A stretch of DNA of 52,725 nt from Octopus bimaculoides (taxonomy: Eukaryota). The position numbers were made by a program, and so were the translations under genes. The stretch is from NCBI RefSeq assembly GCF_001194135.2, contig NC_068995.1, forward strand, positions 51,868,706-51,921,430. Direction: 5' to 3'. The notes beneath the pieces are model-generated. The model ran no database searches. It was not told the origin of the DNA and was given only the letters and a program-made list of their open reading frames with translations. Of this stretch, positions 1 through 12,757 are shown in pieces. Position 1 is the first letter of the stretch, and the number at the start of each line of letters is the position of its first letter.

Positions 1-83
1 TACTTCGCTCTCCTCTTTCTCCCTCTGTCCGTCTGCCTCTCTCTGCTTTTAATTCTTTCTCTCTTTTACCTTGTCTCCATCCT

Positions 84-231
84 TTCTCTCTCTCTCTCTC
101 TCTCTCACTTCTGTCTTATGCTTTTAGTTTCCAGCCCAATCTCTCTCTTTCTCTCTACCTTTACTTCTTTCTCTCCGTCTGCTGTCCATTCACCTTATAG
201 TTCAATATCTCTATACATCTCTCACCTTTCT

Positions 232-292
<61 letters not shown>
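84..292. repeat. (CT)n and (CA)n microsatellites within a ~600 bp pyrimidine-rich tract
   Basis: Direct reading: CT runs at about 84-107 and 233-263, CA run at about 264-292. Confidence 0.95.
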
Positions 293-296
<4 letters not shown>

Positions 297-1106
297 TCTC
301 ACTCTCTCTATCTCGCACTCTCTATCTCTCCTTTCTGAATCTCCCTCGCACTCTCCCCCTCTCTCTATTCATATTGTTTCTGACCCATTGTCTCTCCCTC
401 TATGGCTAACATCAATCTGGGTCTCCGTGTTTCCCTCGTGTCTTTCTATGCGTCCCTTTCTCTACCCTTTCTCGCTCTCATACTTGTTCTTCATTTCTTT
501 CTTGTTTTTTTTTTTCAACTTTCTTCTTTCTCTCTTACCTTCTTTCTTTCTTCTCTTTCCTTGTCTCTCTCTGCATTCCTTCCTTCACCTCAGCTAAAAC
601 GTTTCCTCGTGCCAATGAAGAGTAAACAGACTTCGGCCTGGAACTATGTCTTCTTTATGAACCAGAAAAAAACAAAAAAAAAAAAAAAAGTTCCTTAATG
701 TATATTGGAAAGAAAAAAAAAATATTAAAAATTTCATCACAAAAAAAAACAAAAACGATACGGAAAAAAAAAACAATAACAACCAGCAACAAAAACAAAA
801 AAAAAACGGAAACAAAACAGAAACTAAATACTGCAGTACACACACTCACACACACACATTTATTATATGTCTTATATATACATATACAATATACAGAATA
901 TATATATGTATCATATATCACATATTAAATATATCATATATATGTATNNNNNNNNNNNNNNNNNNNNNNNNNNNNNNNNNNNNNNNNNNNNNNNNNNNNN
1001 NNNNNNNNNNNNNNNNNNNNNNNNNNNNNNNNNNNNNNNNNNNNNNNNNNNNNNNNNNNNNNNNNNNNNNNNNNNNNNNNNNNNNNNNNNNNNNNNNNNN
1101 NNNNNN

Positions 1107-1137
<31 letters not shown>

Positions 1138-1578
1138 TGGAAAAGATTCACGGAGCTGTGTAATTCCACACCAGTTCTCCTCGATAGAATATTCCACGTT
1201 CTATCTGGTGTGAATACACACGCTTTAGATACAAACACCAAATAACTTACGTCTTAACTTATCGATTACTTTCGACTGTCAGTGTATTTTGTTGCTGCTT
1301 TCGACCTGTTACGTCTTGTTGCATATTTGTTTGTTCTATTTTCAATTAATCATAGACCAGTCAAGTGAGTAGTCACTTTCTGAAAAGATCCATCGATCAA
1401 AACTTCTGATACGAAACTCTCTTGTGGTGCACGTAACGATATATTGACATAACGTGTACGAACTCATACATACCCTAGTAAATTCACTCATGCTTACACA
1501 ATCAAATACATACAGACATATACATATACCAACAGATATGCATATCAACATGTATCTGCGTTTGTGCAGGTCTCTCAA

Positions 1579-1745
1579 CCATCGCTCGAGTTACAGTGCT
1601 GGCCTTTTTACGCCCTGCCTAGCGGTTCGACAAACGTAATCGATAGAATAAGTATTGCGTTAAAAGACGAAAAAAAAAACAACTGCTTTATTTGTTCGAC
1701 GAAATACTTCAAGTCAGTGCCCCAAGATGGCCGCCGTCCCAATAC
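1579..1745 (+). mobile_element. SINE family B, degraded 3' half
   Basis: tagcggttcgacaaacgtaatcgatagaataagta...gtgccccaagatggccgcc aligns by eye to the 3' half of the full copy at 26685-27090. Confidence 0.6.
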
Positions 1746-1825
1746 GGGTGGGTCATTATCCCTGCTAATAAACACTAGCACCAGTATGGATGTTCATTAC
1801 ACACACACATTCTTATAGAAATGAA

Positions 1826-2046
1826 TATATTCTTTTCTATATTCTAGGCACAAGGTCTGAAATTTTAGAGAAGAGGACCAATCGATTAATTCGATCCCAG
1901 TACGCAACTGGTACTTAATTTATCGACCCCGAAAAGATAAAAGGCAAAGTCGACCTCGGCGGAATTTGAACTCAGAACGTAAAGACAGACGAAATACTGC
2001 TAAGCATTTCGTCCAGCGTGCTAACGATTCTGCCAGCTCGCCGCCT
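1826..2046 (-). mobile_element. tRNA-derived SINE family A, near full length
   Basis: Reverse complement reads ggcggcgagctggcagaatcgttagcacgctggacgaaatgcttagc...gttctgagttcaaattccgccgaggtcgactttgcc...ccttgtgcctag. It has A-box-like (tggcagaatcg) and B-box-like (gttcaaattcc) motifs and matches copies at 3948, 23035 and 49641. Confidence 0.88.
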
Positions 2047-2378
2047 TAGAAATATATATGTATATTCTCTTAGAGGACATATGGGTGTGATATGGGTGTT
2101 TATCGAAATATCGATACAGGTATGAATGGTCTGTGTGTGTCTGTGTCTGTGTGCGTGTGTTTATGTCTGCGGGTGCGTGTGTGCCTTATGTGTATGTGAA
2201 TGTGTCTGCGTGCGTTTATCCATGTGATAACCTGAATTCATTTCGCATATAAACCATCTAAAATCAATATCGAGAGTTATTTCATAGGTAATATCAAATG
2301 TATTACTTCTTCTGAAACAACGCTTCTTTAATAATCGTTGGCAGAAGTTCATAGTCAATAACAATTCGCCATGTCTTA

Positions 2379-2380
2379 TA

Positions 2381-2445
<65 letters not shown>

Positions 2446-2509
2446 CATACATACATACATGCATACATACATACATACATACATACATACATACATACAT
2501 ACATACATA
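2379..2509. repeat. (TA)n followed by (CATA)n microsatellite
   Basis: Direct reading. Confidence 0.95.
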
Positions 2510-2904
2510 CTTACACGCACACATACACTGGTGCACAGGCACACAGCACATGCATCAAAAGTTCTCGAATATATTTTCGCTGCTTTAAACGAACGAAACC
2601 TCTCACTTCCAACCACATTATTTTCGTTTAAGATACAAACAAATAGTTTTTTACTCACGTGATCTAGCTACAGTCAATTCCTTCGACTGTTCAGACTTTA
2701 TTGCGGGAATTGTGGAAATATATGAATCGTAATATTCAGTTTTCGTTTAAACTATATTTGCTAATATTGATATCTCTTATTGGCAATAGACAAGGCTCCA
2801 AACTGTTATTAGTTTTTGATTGAAAGCTATTTGATCGATGTTGCAATGATTAACTGCTCTGTATAATGACCCGATAAGATTTGAGTGAAGAGTGCCAATA
2901 TAAG

Positions 2905-2952
<48 letters not shown>

Positions 2953-3654
2953 ACTTTATCTCTTTCATACACCCCGCTTTCATTCTCTTTCGGCGAAACT
3001 AATGGGGAACAACGTATTTCACTAGTTTGAATTGGTTTGAAGTGAGTAGAGAGAAATATCCAGTTCAGCTTCAGGCGAACCTAAAGCAGAGTCAACAAGG
3101 AGAACCAGATTCAAATGGTTTCTTTTGTTGCAAACGCTTGTTCGTAACCCGTAGCAAAACAGAACTCGGAAGAATCAAATATCTCTTACATCCTACGCAA
3201 AGTTCAGTCAAAAAAAAAATACAAGGTACAGAGCCTTCCATCCATCTTTTACGAGAGGAGTATCCACTATATATATGTGTGAGTGTGTGTGTGTATTTCT
3301 GTGTGCGTGTGTATTTCTCTGTGTGTGTGTATTTCTGTGTGTGTGTGTATTTAAATTTAAAGTAAGTGGTAACAATGGAACCGGGTATGTGACTAATCTT
3401 TATAGTTTGTATCTTTTCATTTGTCTTGCTCGCTTACGTTCTGGCGTTTGCTGAATTTTCTTGAGAACAATCTTTTCTTAGTGGTCAGACCATATGGAGT
3501 CTACATCTAGCATATTGGATGTCCACTTAGTGGTCATTCTTCTTCTATGTATATATATATATATATCGATACACACAAGGTTGGTCTGAGATAGATCACT
3601 TTCCTCTCGTTACTCATTAAACATGGCTTATAATGGTTTTTGTAATTGACACCA

Positions 3655-3840
3655 AGCCAGAAATCTTAAACGATCACATGCCAGTCCTTGTTTGGTAAGT
3701 TAGTTAAATAAGCCCTAAACGGATAAAAGGCAAATTTGGTTCGAAAGGAGTTTGAACCGAGAAGGCAAAATGCTTAATTCAATTTTCTAAAGTAGTTTAT
3801 CTCTTCGGCTCTAAAATTTCCATTTCACCGCACCGCTTAG
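3655..3840 (-). mobile_element. SINE family A, heavily degraded
   Basis: ggataaaaggcaaatttggttcgaaaggagtttgaacc resembles the reverse-strand core ggatgaaaggcaaagtcgacctcggcggaatttgaact. Confidence 0.4.
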
Positions 3841-3947
3841 ACATTACTAATAGTAACGGTTTCTAAGCTAAGTGCAATTCCACAAATTTATAATATATTA
3901 AGTTGATCTCTCTAATTGCCACAATATTATTTATTCAGAGAGAAAAA

Positions 3948-4171
3948 GGCTGCTATCTGGATCTGGCAGAATCGTTAGCGTGTTGGACGAAATGCTTAGC
4001 GGTATTTCGCCCGTCTCTACGTTCTGAGTTCAAATACCGCCGAGGTCGACTTTGCCTTTCATCCTTTCGGAAGCGATAAATTAAGTACCAGTGAAACACT
4101 GCAGTCGATATAATCGACTGGTTCCCTTCCCCCGAATTTCAGGCCTTGTGCTTTTAGGAGAATGGATTATT
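3948..4171 (+). mobile_element. tRNA-derived SINE family A, near full length
   Basis: ctggcagaatcgttagcgtgttggacgaaatgcttagcggtatttcg...gttctgagttcaaataccgccgaggtcgactttgcctttcatcctttcgg...ggccttgtgc. Confidence 0.88.
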
Positions 4172-4822
4172 TAACAAGGCAGCATCTATGTGAACGTTCG
4201 TATTGCTTGAAATAGCAGCTAATTGCCCCTGCAATTTCAACATTTCATCTTAGAATAAGGTCACACTGGATAATCAAGTTATAGGAAATGTATTAGGCAC
4301 AAACTATACAAATAGGCTGAGATTGGCTTATTCCTGGATTAGCCTTTCCGGATTAGGCCGGATATGTCATTATGTCGTCCTGACAGAGGAAAATACTGAA
4401 TAGTCATGTTTGAAACGGACCTGGGAATCAATAACAATACCAAAAACCCCAGAAAGATAAAACATAGATAGACTCCAGAGAGATTTGAACACGGAAGCTG
4501 ACTACATAGCTTAAGACATAATTTCTGTCCCGCTTTGAAGCAATACAAATCAATTACATATTCAAGCAATAAACATTATTAATCGTGGTCATCGTTGTTT
4601 AATTGGTCCTGTGTGACCAGAAGTCTGCTCAACAGTTAGTGGAACTAATCCAATTTAGCGCAAGACAAAGATGGAAACAATGACCAACGCGTTATCTTTG
4701 TTTTCTTGGCTGGACGAGTGCAGAAGAAAGTATAAAGCGTCAGAGTCCATTTAGAAAATATAAATATGCGAGTCTGTGAAGTACATGGCGTACAAGCACA
4801 CGAACGCACCCAATTCCTGCCA

Positions 4823-4928
<106 letters not shown>

Positions 4929-4963
4929 CTAGCTAGCTAGATGGATAGATAGACAGACGTGTG

Positions 4964-4994
<31 letters not shown>

Positions 4995-5045
4995 ATCTAT
5001 CTCCCCTTCTATCTCCCCTTCTCTCTTTCTTTCTCTCTCTCTCTC

Positions 5046-5099
<54 letters not shown>

Positions 5100-6135
5100 C
5101 ACATGCATAAATACATGTATATAAATGCACGTGTGTGAACATGTGCTCACACATACATATAGGCATATGCCCCGAATGTGTGTGTATATACATATGGGAA
5201 AATGTGCGTTACAATACGTGTGTAAATATATACATGTGTATGTATGTTTGCATGCGATTGCATGCGAGTATGTGTTGTCTGATACATACGCTTGTGTGTT
5301 TGTGTGAGGATGTTTGTAGTTTGTGTGTGAGTGTGTGTATTTATGTTTATGAGATTTTGTATATGTGTGTGTGTTTATACATTATATGAATATCACATCA
5401 TAAACACGGAATCAATAAAATTACACCGACTACGTGTGTGTGTGCGTGTGTGTGTGTGTATGTGTGTGTGTGTGTGTCTGTGTGTATGTGTGCGTTATGA
5501 ACTATCAATCTTCCTTTTAAATGTATTTGATTCTCTTTACATTCACCAATAATTTTCGGTGTAAAATGTCAGATATGTTTATCTGCTTCATAATCTGATT
5601 ATATTAAACACACACACACACATAACTCACATACAGAGGTGGGAGGAAGCTTCGGAAACAATCGTCTGCTCCATCGAACACAAATTGTAGATGTTTTCGT
5701 ATCAAGAACGTAAAATGTTTCCGTGCATTTCCGCATATTTCCATGGGATATATCTTAAGACAAATGTTATTTTAAAGATACTGATACGATTTATTCCTTT
5801 ATTCTATTTATGGCTATTGCTATTTTTACTGTTGGTTGGCTTCAAAGACGTTCTAAGCGTGACCACCTCGTGCTTTTGCTTTCAGAGATTTTCTCTTATC
5901 CAACATTATCCAACGTGTTATACTCCACTTGTCAATGTGACTTGAGATCGATCTAGCTACTGTTTCTAGCACAACATACTACTATGTAGAACTCCTCTTG
6001 TACACTCTTTACTTTCTTATGTATAAAACATGAATTTCTAAAAGTAAAAAGAATAAATATGAAAGAAACAAAAGTTAATTAAATCATTATTAAGTCACGA
6101 ATTGATCGATAGAAACGCAGACCCAGTTTTTAAGA

Positions 6136-6272
6136 GGGTGAGCTGGCAGAACCGATAGCACACCGGGAAAAATGTTTGGAGGAATTTCATTCGTCTTTAC
6201 GTTCTGATTTCAAATCCGCTGAAGTCGGCTTTGCCTTTTATCCTTTGTAGGTCGATAAAATAAGTACCAGTT
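6136..6272 (+). mobile_element. SINE family A, 3'-truncated at a (GATG/GATA)n microsatellite
   Basis: gagctggcagaaccgatagcacaccggg...gttctgatttcaaatccgctgaagtcggctttgccttttatcc...gtcgataaaataagtaccagtt. Confidence 0.8.
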
Positions 6273-6304
6273 GATAGATGGAGGAATGGATGGATGGAGG
6301 GATG

Positions 6305-6337
<33 letters not shown>

Positions 6338-6965
6338 GTGAATAGATATTAATGCATTTTATATATGGGTCAACAATCATAAGAAAACCACTGCTCGGAG
6401 TTTCGGAGGCATGGTTCATGTATCTCACAGACGTCCGATAGAAACGATGCTTTAACCAGAGATGGATCCTTATTGGCATTTTTTAAACTTGATTCCCATT
6501 GGACGATCCAGGGCGTGTCATGAAAACTTTTTTTAGCTTACCAGGGTAAGCAATTGCAAGTCGTAACGGTGATACGAGGATCAACAGGAAATGAATTTTG
6601 AGATTAATTTTCGTTCGCAAGGGAGTTAACTGCTCAAATTTATGTGGTATCATTTTCTTTTTATAACTGGTTGAAACTGATCCAACAAATGTGTATGCCT
6701 ATATTAATTATAACTATATTTAAGACGAGTTTATAATTATCTGAATGTTCATGATATATTTATTATTTTTTGTTGTTTTATTTAGCCAGCCTAATATACA
6801 TATATCTGTATGCATGTGCGCCGGCGCGTGTGCTTTGGGAGAAAGAGAACTTGAGACTCAAAAAAGTGTAACATACGCCTTCCTTTTAGAGTCTGCACAG
6901 AAGAAGATGAAGGGCTTATTTTTCGTTTCAAACAACTCCTTAATATACGTTGCCACGAAATTGGC

Positions 6966-7000
<35 letters not shown>

Positions 7001-7016
7001 TGTGTGTGTGTGTGTA

Positions 7017-7048
<32 letters not shown>

Positions 7049-7056
7049 TGTGTGAT

Positions 7057-7172
7057 ATCATCATCATCATCATTATCATCATCATGACCATCATCACTTA
7101 ACGTCCGTTTTCCATGCTAGAATGGGTTGGATGGTTTCACAGTAGCTGGGCAAACTAGAAGACAGCGCCAGG
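7057..7172 (-). mobile_element. 3' end of a retroposon with a (TGA)n tail, possibly RTE-clade LINE or RTE-mobilised SINE
   Basis: Minus strand ends ...cccattctagcatggaaaacggacgttaagtgatg followed by (TGA)n. The RTE assignment is recalled similarity only. Confidence 0.5.
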
Positions 7173-8054
7173 TTTATATATATATATATGTGTGTGTGTG
7201 TATGTATACAGACCTGCATATACTCCCACAAAAACACAGACACACACACACACATACACATACACACACACACACGTACACACACATGCACACGCACAGA
7301 GGGAAAGTTCTGTCACTTATAGGAAATGAACGACGCGGCTGTTTTGAACCGTAGTGATTGTGTGCGTCTATGTGTGTGTGCGTGTGTGTGCGTGTGTGCA
7401 TGCGTGCACAAATATATATATATGTTTGTATGTAAATGCATGTATGTATATAAATGCACAGAAGCATATCTGTATGTTTTAAATGATACCTTTGATGAGT
7501 ACAAAACCACGTAGACAACAAAATAATAAGTTTAAATTAAGAAATAAATCTGAAGCTTTTTATATTTTAGATCTTCTCTTATCAGCTTAATTTAATCCTG
7601 GACTTTCGTTTTTCATTATACAAATTCTTTTCCAACATTCGTTTTACTCGTTTTGTCGGTTTTGTCTCAATATTAATTTACACAAAATCTAAAGACTTCT
7701 GTAATCCATCGACGTCGAGACGTTTTAAAGCTTTCTTCTAAAACTTTCATCTATAGGAAAATGATAAGCAACAATATTTGTCATGGCTTCTGCTGCTCTG
7801 TGTTCAAATACAGCCTAGGTCGAATTTACATGTCTTTCGCGGTCGATATAACTCCCAATTCAGTGCGATGGAATTGTAGGAATGTCTAAATGTATATATA
7901 CGGCAAAAACAAAATGGAGGGGATACAGAAATGACAGATATCAACTGTTAGAATTCTATTGTCTATACGCTAGGCTTTAAAAGAGCGCATTTATTTTTGT
8001 ATTTTAATATTTATTCTACCTGACCAATCAGTATACAATCTTGAATATTTGAAT

Positions 8055-8311
8055 TGTGGTCCAGTGGTTAGTGTGTTGCACTTACCAACGCGATATTGTG
8101 GTTTCGATTCCCTGACTGGGCGGTGGGTTGTGTCATTGAGAAAAACATTTCACCTCAGGCTGGTCCGCAATCACTTCGACATTTGACTTCTGGGTTTACA
8201 GATGATATGTGCTCTGATAATGTTGATTTGATGAAGTGAATGAACTAATGTACGGCACAAATATTTGTTCTCTGTAAAAACAATCATCTATGCAGCTTGT
8301 ACAGCAAGAAA
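8055..8311 (+). mobile_element. tRNA-derived SINE family C
   Basis: tRNA-like head gtggtccagtggttagtgtgttgcactta...ggtttcgattccc (A and B box), followed by ttgtgtcattgagaaaaacatttcac. Confidence 0.65.
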
Positions 8312-9191
8312 CTACTAAATCCTTATTTGTCCCGTACGACAGAATCTACGATGTCATTACTTACCCCCCCCCCAAAAAAAATGAGATCATAAAAGAAATA
8401 AGACCGAAAACGTGCCCCGAGTTATTTCCCGTACTTACAGAAAAATATTACGTTAACATTTATAAAACTAGCTATTTACTAATAGCCTCATTTACTCACT
8501 GCATATTTATTTCTACTTAAATTTTTCGATACCCCCTCCAAGATATGTCATATCACCGAGTTAGCTAACATTTTGTTCTGCCAAGTTTATGTTCAACTGA
8601 AACCTGTGTTTCGTTATTCAAAACAATCCGTAGAGGCTTATCTTACACGGAAAGAGTTAAAAGTTTAGATATACAGTCAGGATTCAACGAAACGTTGCGA
8701 TAAAACAAATTAATGTTTGTATTTTACACACTTCTGAACTGCTGCACCGGTTTTTACCTCTCTCAGCGACCGCTTATGTATACTGATTGCTTATGCCTAT
8801 ATGTACATACATCTTCTATGTATATATGGATACATAAAGATGCGTGTGTGTTTCAGTAAATATTTCAGTATCTTAACGCTGAAAATTAGTTTGTAGACAC
8901 CAAATGAATGAGCTATCATAATGTTTGTTTTCTTAATCTAACAAACCTGTTGTTTCGCACTCAACTGGATTATTTAAAATACACAACTTCCCGTTTACGT
9001 AAGAAATAATAGACAATATAATTTTAACTTTCAATGGCCGACACATGTTTATCTATGTATCTATCTAACAGGTTATTAGGAATATATATACATAGATATG
9101 TGAGTGTGTTCGTGTATATGATTCTATGTACGTATGTAGGTTGTGTGTGCTTGTATTTGTATATGCATACGCAGACACATAAATATGCAAC

Positions 9192-9241
<50 letters not shown>

Positions 9242-9242
9242 G

Positions 9243-9468
9243 TAGCAGCCATGATATAAGGGCCAGTAAGAACAAGTGTATTGAAATAGTTATTATAGAA
9301 GATTAACAACGCGTTGAGACTAGATATTCTACACATATTTAGATATATCTAACATCTATCCTTTGTAGAAAGATATGTGTAAAATATCTAATCTCAGTGT
9401 TCCGTTAATCTTCTATAATAAATATTTCAATAAACCTGTTCTTACTGACTCTTATATTATGGCCGCTA
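9243..9468. mobile_element. Foldback / MITE-like element with ~96 bp inverted arms
   Basis: Arm 9243-9338 is the reverse complement of 9373-9468, with 7 mismatches in the outer 65 bp and a 34 bp spacer. Confidence 0.75.
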
Positions 9469-9494
9469 GTGTATATATAAACACACATACATAA

Positions 9495-9748
9495 AGGGTA
9501 AAGATCTTCATTCACGAATGAACATGGGATCGCACCTAGAATGTTCCCCTCTGAGACAAAATCCGGACAAGGCTGTTTGTGGAAGACCAGTAGTCGCCCC
9601 CCCGCGCATACCAGTCTCACCTCTCCACGCCACCGATGTTCCACGCCTCCCGCCAGTAAAGTCGCAACTATATTTCTACAGGTAACTGACAGCCCGGTCA
9701 AAGAACCGACCGATTCTCATGATTGTAAGCCCGATGCTCTAACTACAC
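9495..9748 (-). mobile_element. tRNA-derived SINE family E (5' end abuts a gap)
   Basis: Minus strand gtagttagagcatcgggcttacaatcatgag (tRNA-like head), then a GC-rich body catcggtggcgtggagaggtgagactggtatgc...ctaggtgcgatcccatg. Confidence 0.65.
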
Positions 9749-9937
9749 ACNNNNNNNNNNNNNNNNNNNNNNNNNNNNNNNNNNNNNNNNNNNNNNNNNN
9801 NNNNNNNNNNNNNNNNNNNNNNNNNNNNNNNNNNNNNNNNNNNNNNNNNNNNNNNNNNNNNNNNNNNNNNNNNNNNNNNNNNNNNNNNNNNNNNNNNNNN
9901 NNNNNNNNNNNNNNNNNNNNNNNNNNNNNNNNNNNNN

Positions 9938-9976
<39 letters not shown>

Positions 9977-11011
9977 GACACACACATAATGCTAATAACT
10001 TGTTAGATGCATAAACATGTTGCTCGAAGCATATCTTTGTCTTCAATTTCAATTTTTCTTTATTTTTCAATTACATTTTCAAGTTCGTGCTAACTTGTCT
10101 GTAGTATGTTGTTGTTGTTGTTGTTGTTATTATTATTATTATTATTATTATCATTTTCTTTTATTGATATAATTTTCTGCTTAATATTTTTATACTTTGA
10201 CGATCTGATAGAGAGGCTAAAACTGTAATCAATTACTGCAAAGTGGGTCATTTATGGATATCAGTAGATTACAAAGAATTGCGATTGATTTCAGTATCGA
10301 AGATAGTAGTGATTACAGCAAGAACAACAATTACAACTGCTATTACCACCACCATCGCTACCACTACTACTATTATTACTATCAATACTACTACTACTAA
10401 TACAGCTAGACGAATGATCACAATCATAGCAATCTTATTTTAGTTTCTTTAATATTTTTTAATCATATCTTGTAAATATACTTCATTGTTCTGGTTTTTT
10501 TTTTTTTTTTCATTTCTTTTTTTTTGGTGGGGGGGCTTCACTCAACACAAATTTTAAGCATCGAATTATTGACTAAAGCTGAAAGACATAGTTTCAATTT
10601 GAAGCGAAAAGATTAATTTCCCTCAAGAATCGAAATAACTTCAGTAAAATATTGAATTACTCTTTAATGAAGTCACTGATGAAACCAGACTTTCGTCAAA
10701 AGACCGATTCTCAAAACAAATAGCTTTATTGATATTTTGGAAACTATGAAAAGCGTATTCACGACCAAGAGCATCGGCACGTATTAAGAATAAATACACG
10801 CAAGATTTATTCGTTCCAATTATTCCAGACAATATTATTTGGTTTGTTAAGCCTATAAATGTTGACTCTTCATTCACAGTAATATCAATGTCAAAGGTCA
10901 TGATGGTTCCTCGATTATTAATCATCTCCGAAGTTCATTTCAATAAAAATCATTTCGAAACACCCAATGAGTTCAATTCAGTTTGTTACCTTTCTTTAAT
11001 CGATACGTATA

Positions 11012-11093
11012 ATATCTAATATCTATCTTTTGTAAAAAGATATGTGTAAAATATCTGATCTCAGCGTTTTGTTAATCTTCTATAATAAATATT
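11012..11093 (+). repeat. Second, truncated copy of the foldback element (matches 9345-9426)
   Basis: 82 bp direct repeat with 7 mismatches by manual alignment. Confidence 0.85.
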
Positions 11094-11114
11094 GAATTAC
11101 TCTTTAATGAAGAA

Positions 11115-11236
11115 GACATGAAAGACAATATATAAAGGACATAAAAGGACATGAAAGACAATATATGAAAAGGATATGAAAGACATATATTGTCTTTCAT
11201 GTCCTATAAAGGACATGAAGAGACAATATATGAAAA
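11115..11236. repeat. Patchwork of direct and inverted copies of GGACATGAAAGACAATATAT
   Basis: Direct copies at 11115, 11147 and 11211, a partial copy at 11172, and the exact reverse complement at 11185-11204. Confidence 0.9.
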
Positions 11237-12247
11237 TGTATAAGTACAAGATGCGGTTTACATCATTTGTTCCCTGCTCACGTTATATCAATAAAATGTT
11301 CCCTTGATGAACTTCGTGGTTCAGAATCCAGTTGACCGTGAAACTAGCATTGCAGTGGAGACGAATATCAACAATGGTGAAACGTACGTAGGAACAACAA
11401 TATACAGATGTGTGTATCGTCGTGTAAATATGTCCCATATGTAGTCATGAAGTTCGTTTCACGTTAGTAATAGCCTCCTGCTTCTCAAACTTTATTCTCG
11501 AAAGCGGTCGTAGTGGTGCATCATTTTGTGTTATTTGAAGATATAGATGACGACGGACTTAACTGGTAATGCCAGCCTGCCTTTCAGGTAGCGCTGGCTG
11601 GAATTTTAATATACATTACACACACTCAGATTTTTATACCGGCTAAGAATGTGCTGGTATAAACTCTGAAAATGACACACGTCGTTCGCAGTTACATGCT
11701 ACTGGAATTTGTCGGAAAATAAAGAAACCATAACTACGAGCTGTCCATTATCAACAGTAGATAAGCATGGGTGCAGACGAATGGCTGAATTCAGTAAATG
11801 AATAAAATTATGGAAATATGAATAGAAAGATACAGTTTTAGATTGGGTTTTCTGTTTTTTCAGTCAGAATTGCCTGATATAACTGTTATTCAAAGCCGTC
11901 TGATGGATAATGTGGATTCTGCGAGACAGATCAACCGGGTATATCCCACATTGATTCTACACTCACCCTGGAAAGAGCGCTAGAACTACAATGGCGCTTC
12001 ACTACAAAATCTACCGATTTTGAAAGAGTCACTTTACACGTGAGTAGCTTATGTATCACGTGATATTGCTAAGATGGTTCTTAGTACTTAACAAATTGCC
12101 TGAAACGGTAGAAATTATGATATAGATATTGCATTGAAGGAAACTAATCTCCAATGTTAAGCATTAGAACTAATGGCATTATGTATGTGCGTATGCATGC
12201 GTATATGCATGTGTGTATGTAAGGATATATATTCATTTATATAATTT

Positions 12248-12342
<95 letters not shown>

Positions 12343-12580
12343 GAAATTTACAGAAAAGCAGAAGACGAAGACAGGTGTATAAACAAAAAAGAAGGTGTTT
12401 TAGTTTGACGCTCGGGAAGGTGAGAAAGTCCTTTATGCTTTGATCCTACGCTCTTCAACAGAAAGGAACTCGAGGAAATAAACAGAGAATTAAAAAAAAT
12501 CAGAACGAATGCGGTAAAATATTTTACCAACTCTTCAAAGATTCTACTCATCCCACCTCACGTATGTTCCAAACTAACGT

Positions 12581-12757
12581 TTTCTACTTTAGGAACAAGG
12601 CCTCTGAATTTCGAGGGGAGGGGTAAGTCGATTACACCAAATCCAGTGCTCCATTGGTACTTATTTTATTGATCCCGAAAAATCAGCTTCGGAGATATTT
12701 GATTTCAGAACGTAAAAAGCTGAAAGAGATTCCACCAAGCATTTTGTCCGACGCGCT
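12581..12757 (-). mobile_element. SINE family A with internal deletion
   Basis: ttctactttaggaacaaggcc...aagtcgattacacc...ccagtgctccattggtacttattttattgatcccgaaa...tttgatttcagaacgtaaa...aagcattttgtccgacgcgct. Confidence 0.7.

Noticed and set aside
118-597. 159-aa Ser/Leu/Phe-rich ORF
   Set aside because: Translation of (CT)n/(CA)n low-complexity DNA.
3027-3365. 112-aa ORF
   Set aside because: Non-ATG start, no recognisable domain, and it ends in a (GT)-rich repeat.
10641-10925. 94-aa minus ORF, with an overlapping ~90-codon open plus frame, in complex sequence
   Set aside because: No motif I can recognise. It may be a decayed transposon, but only BLASTX/HMMER could show that.
11365-11400. 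NNGETYVGTT peptide resembling the YVG half of a GIY-YIG endonuclease
   Set aside because: No upstream VIY/GIY motif, no downstream R...H, and stops nearby. Too short to support a Penelope call.
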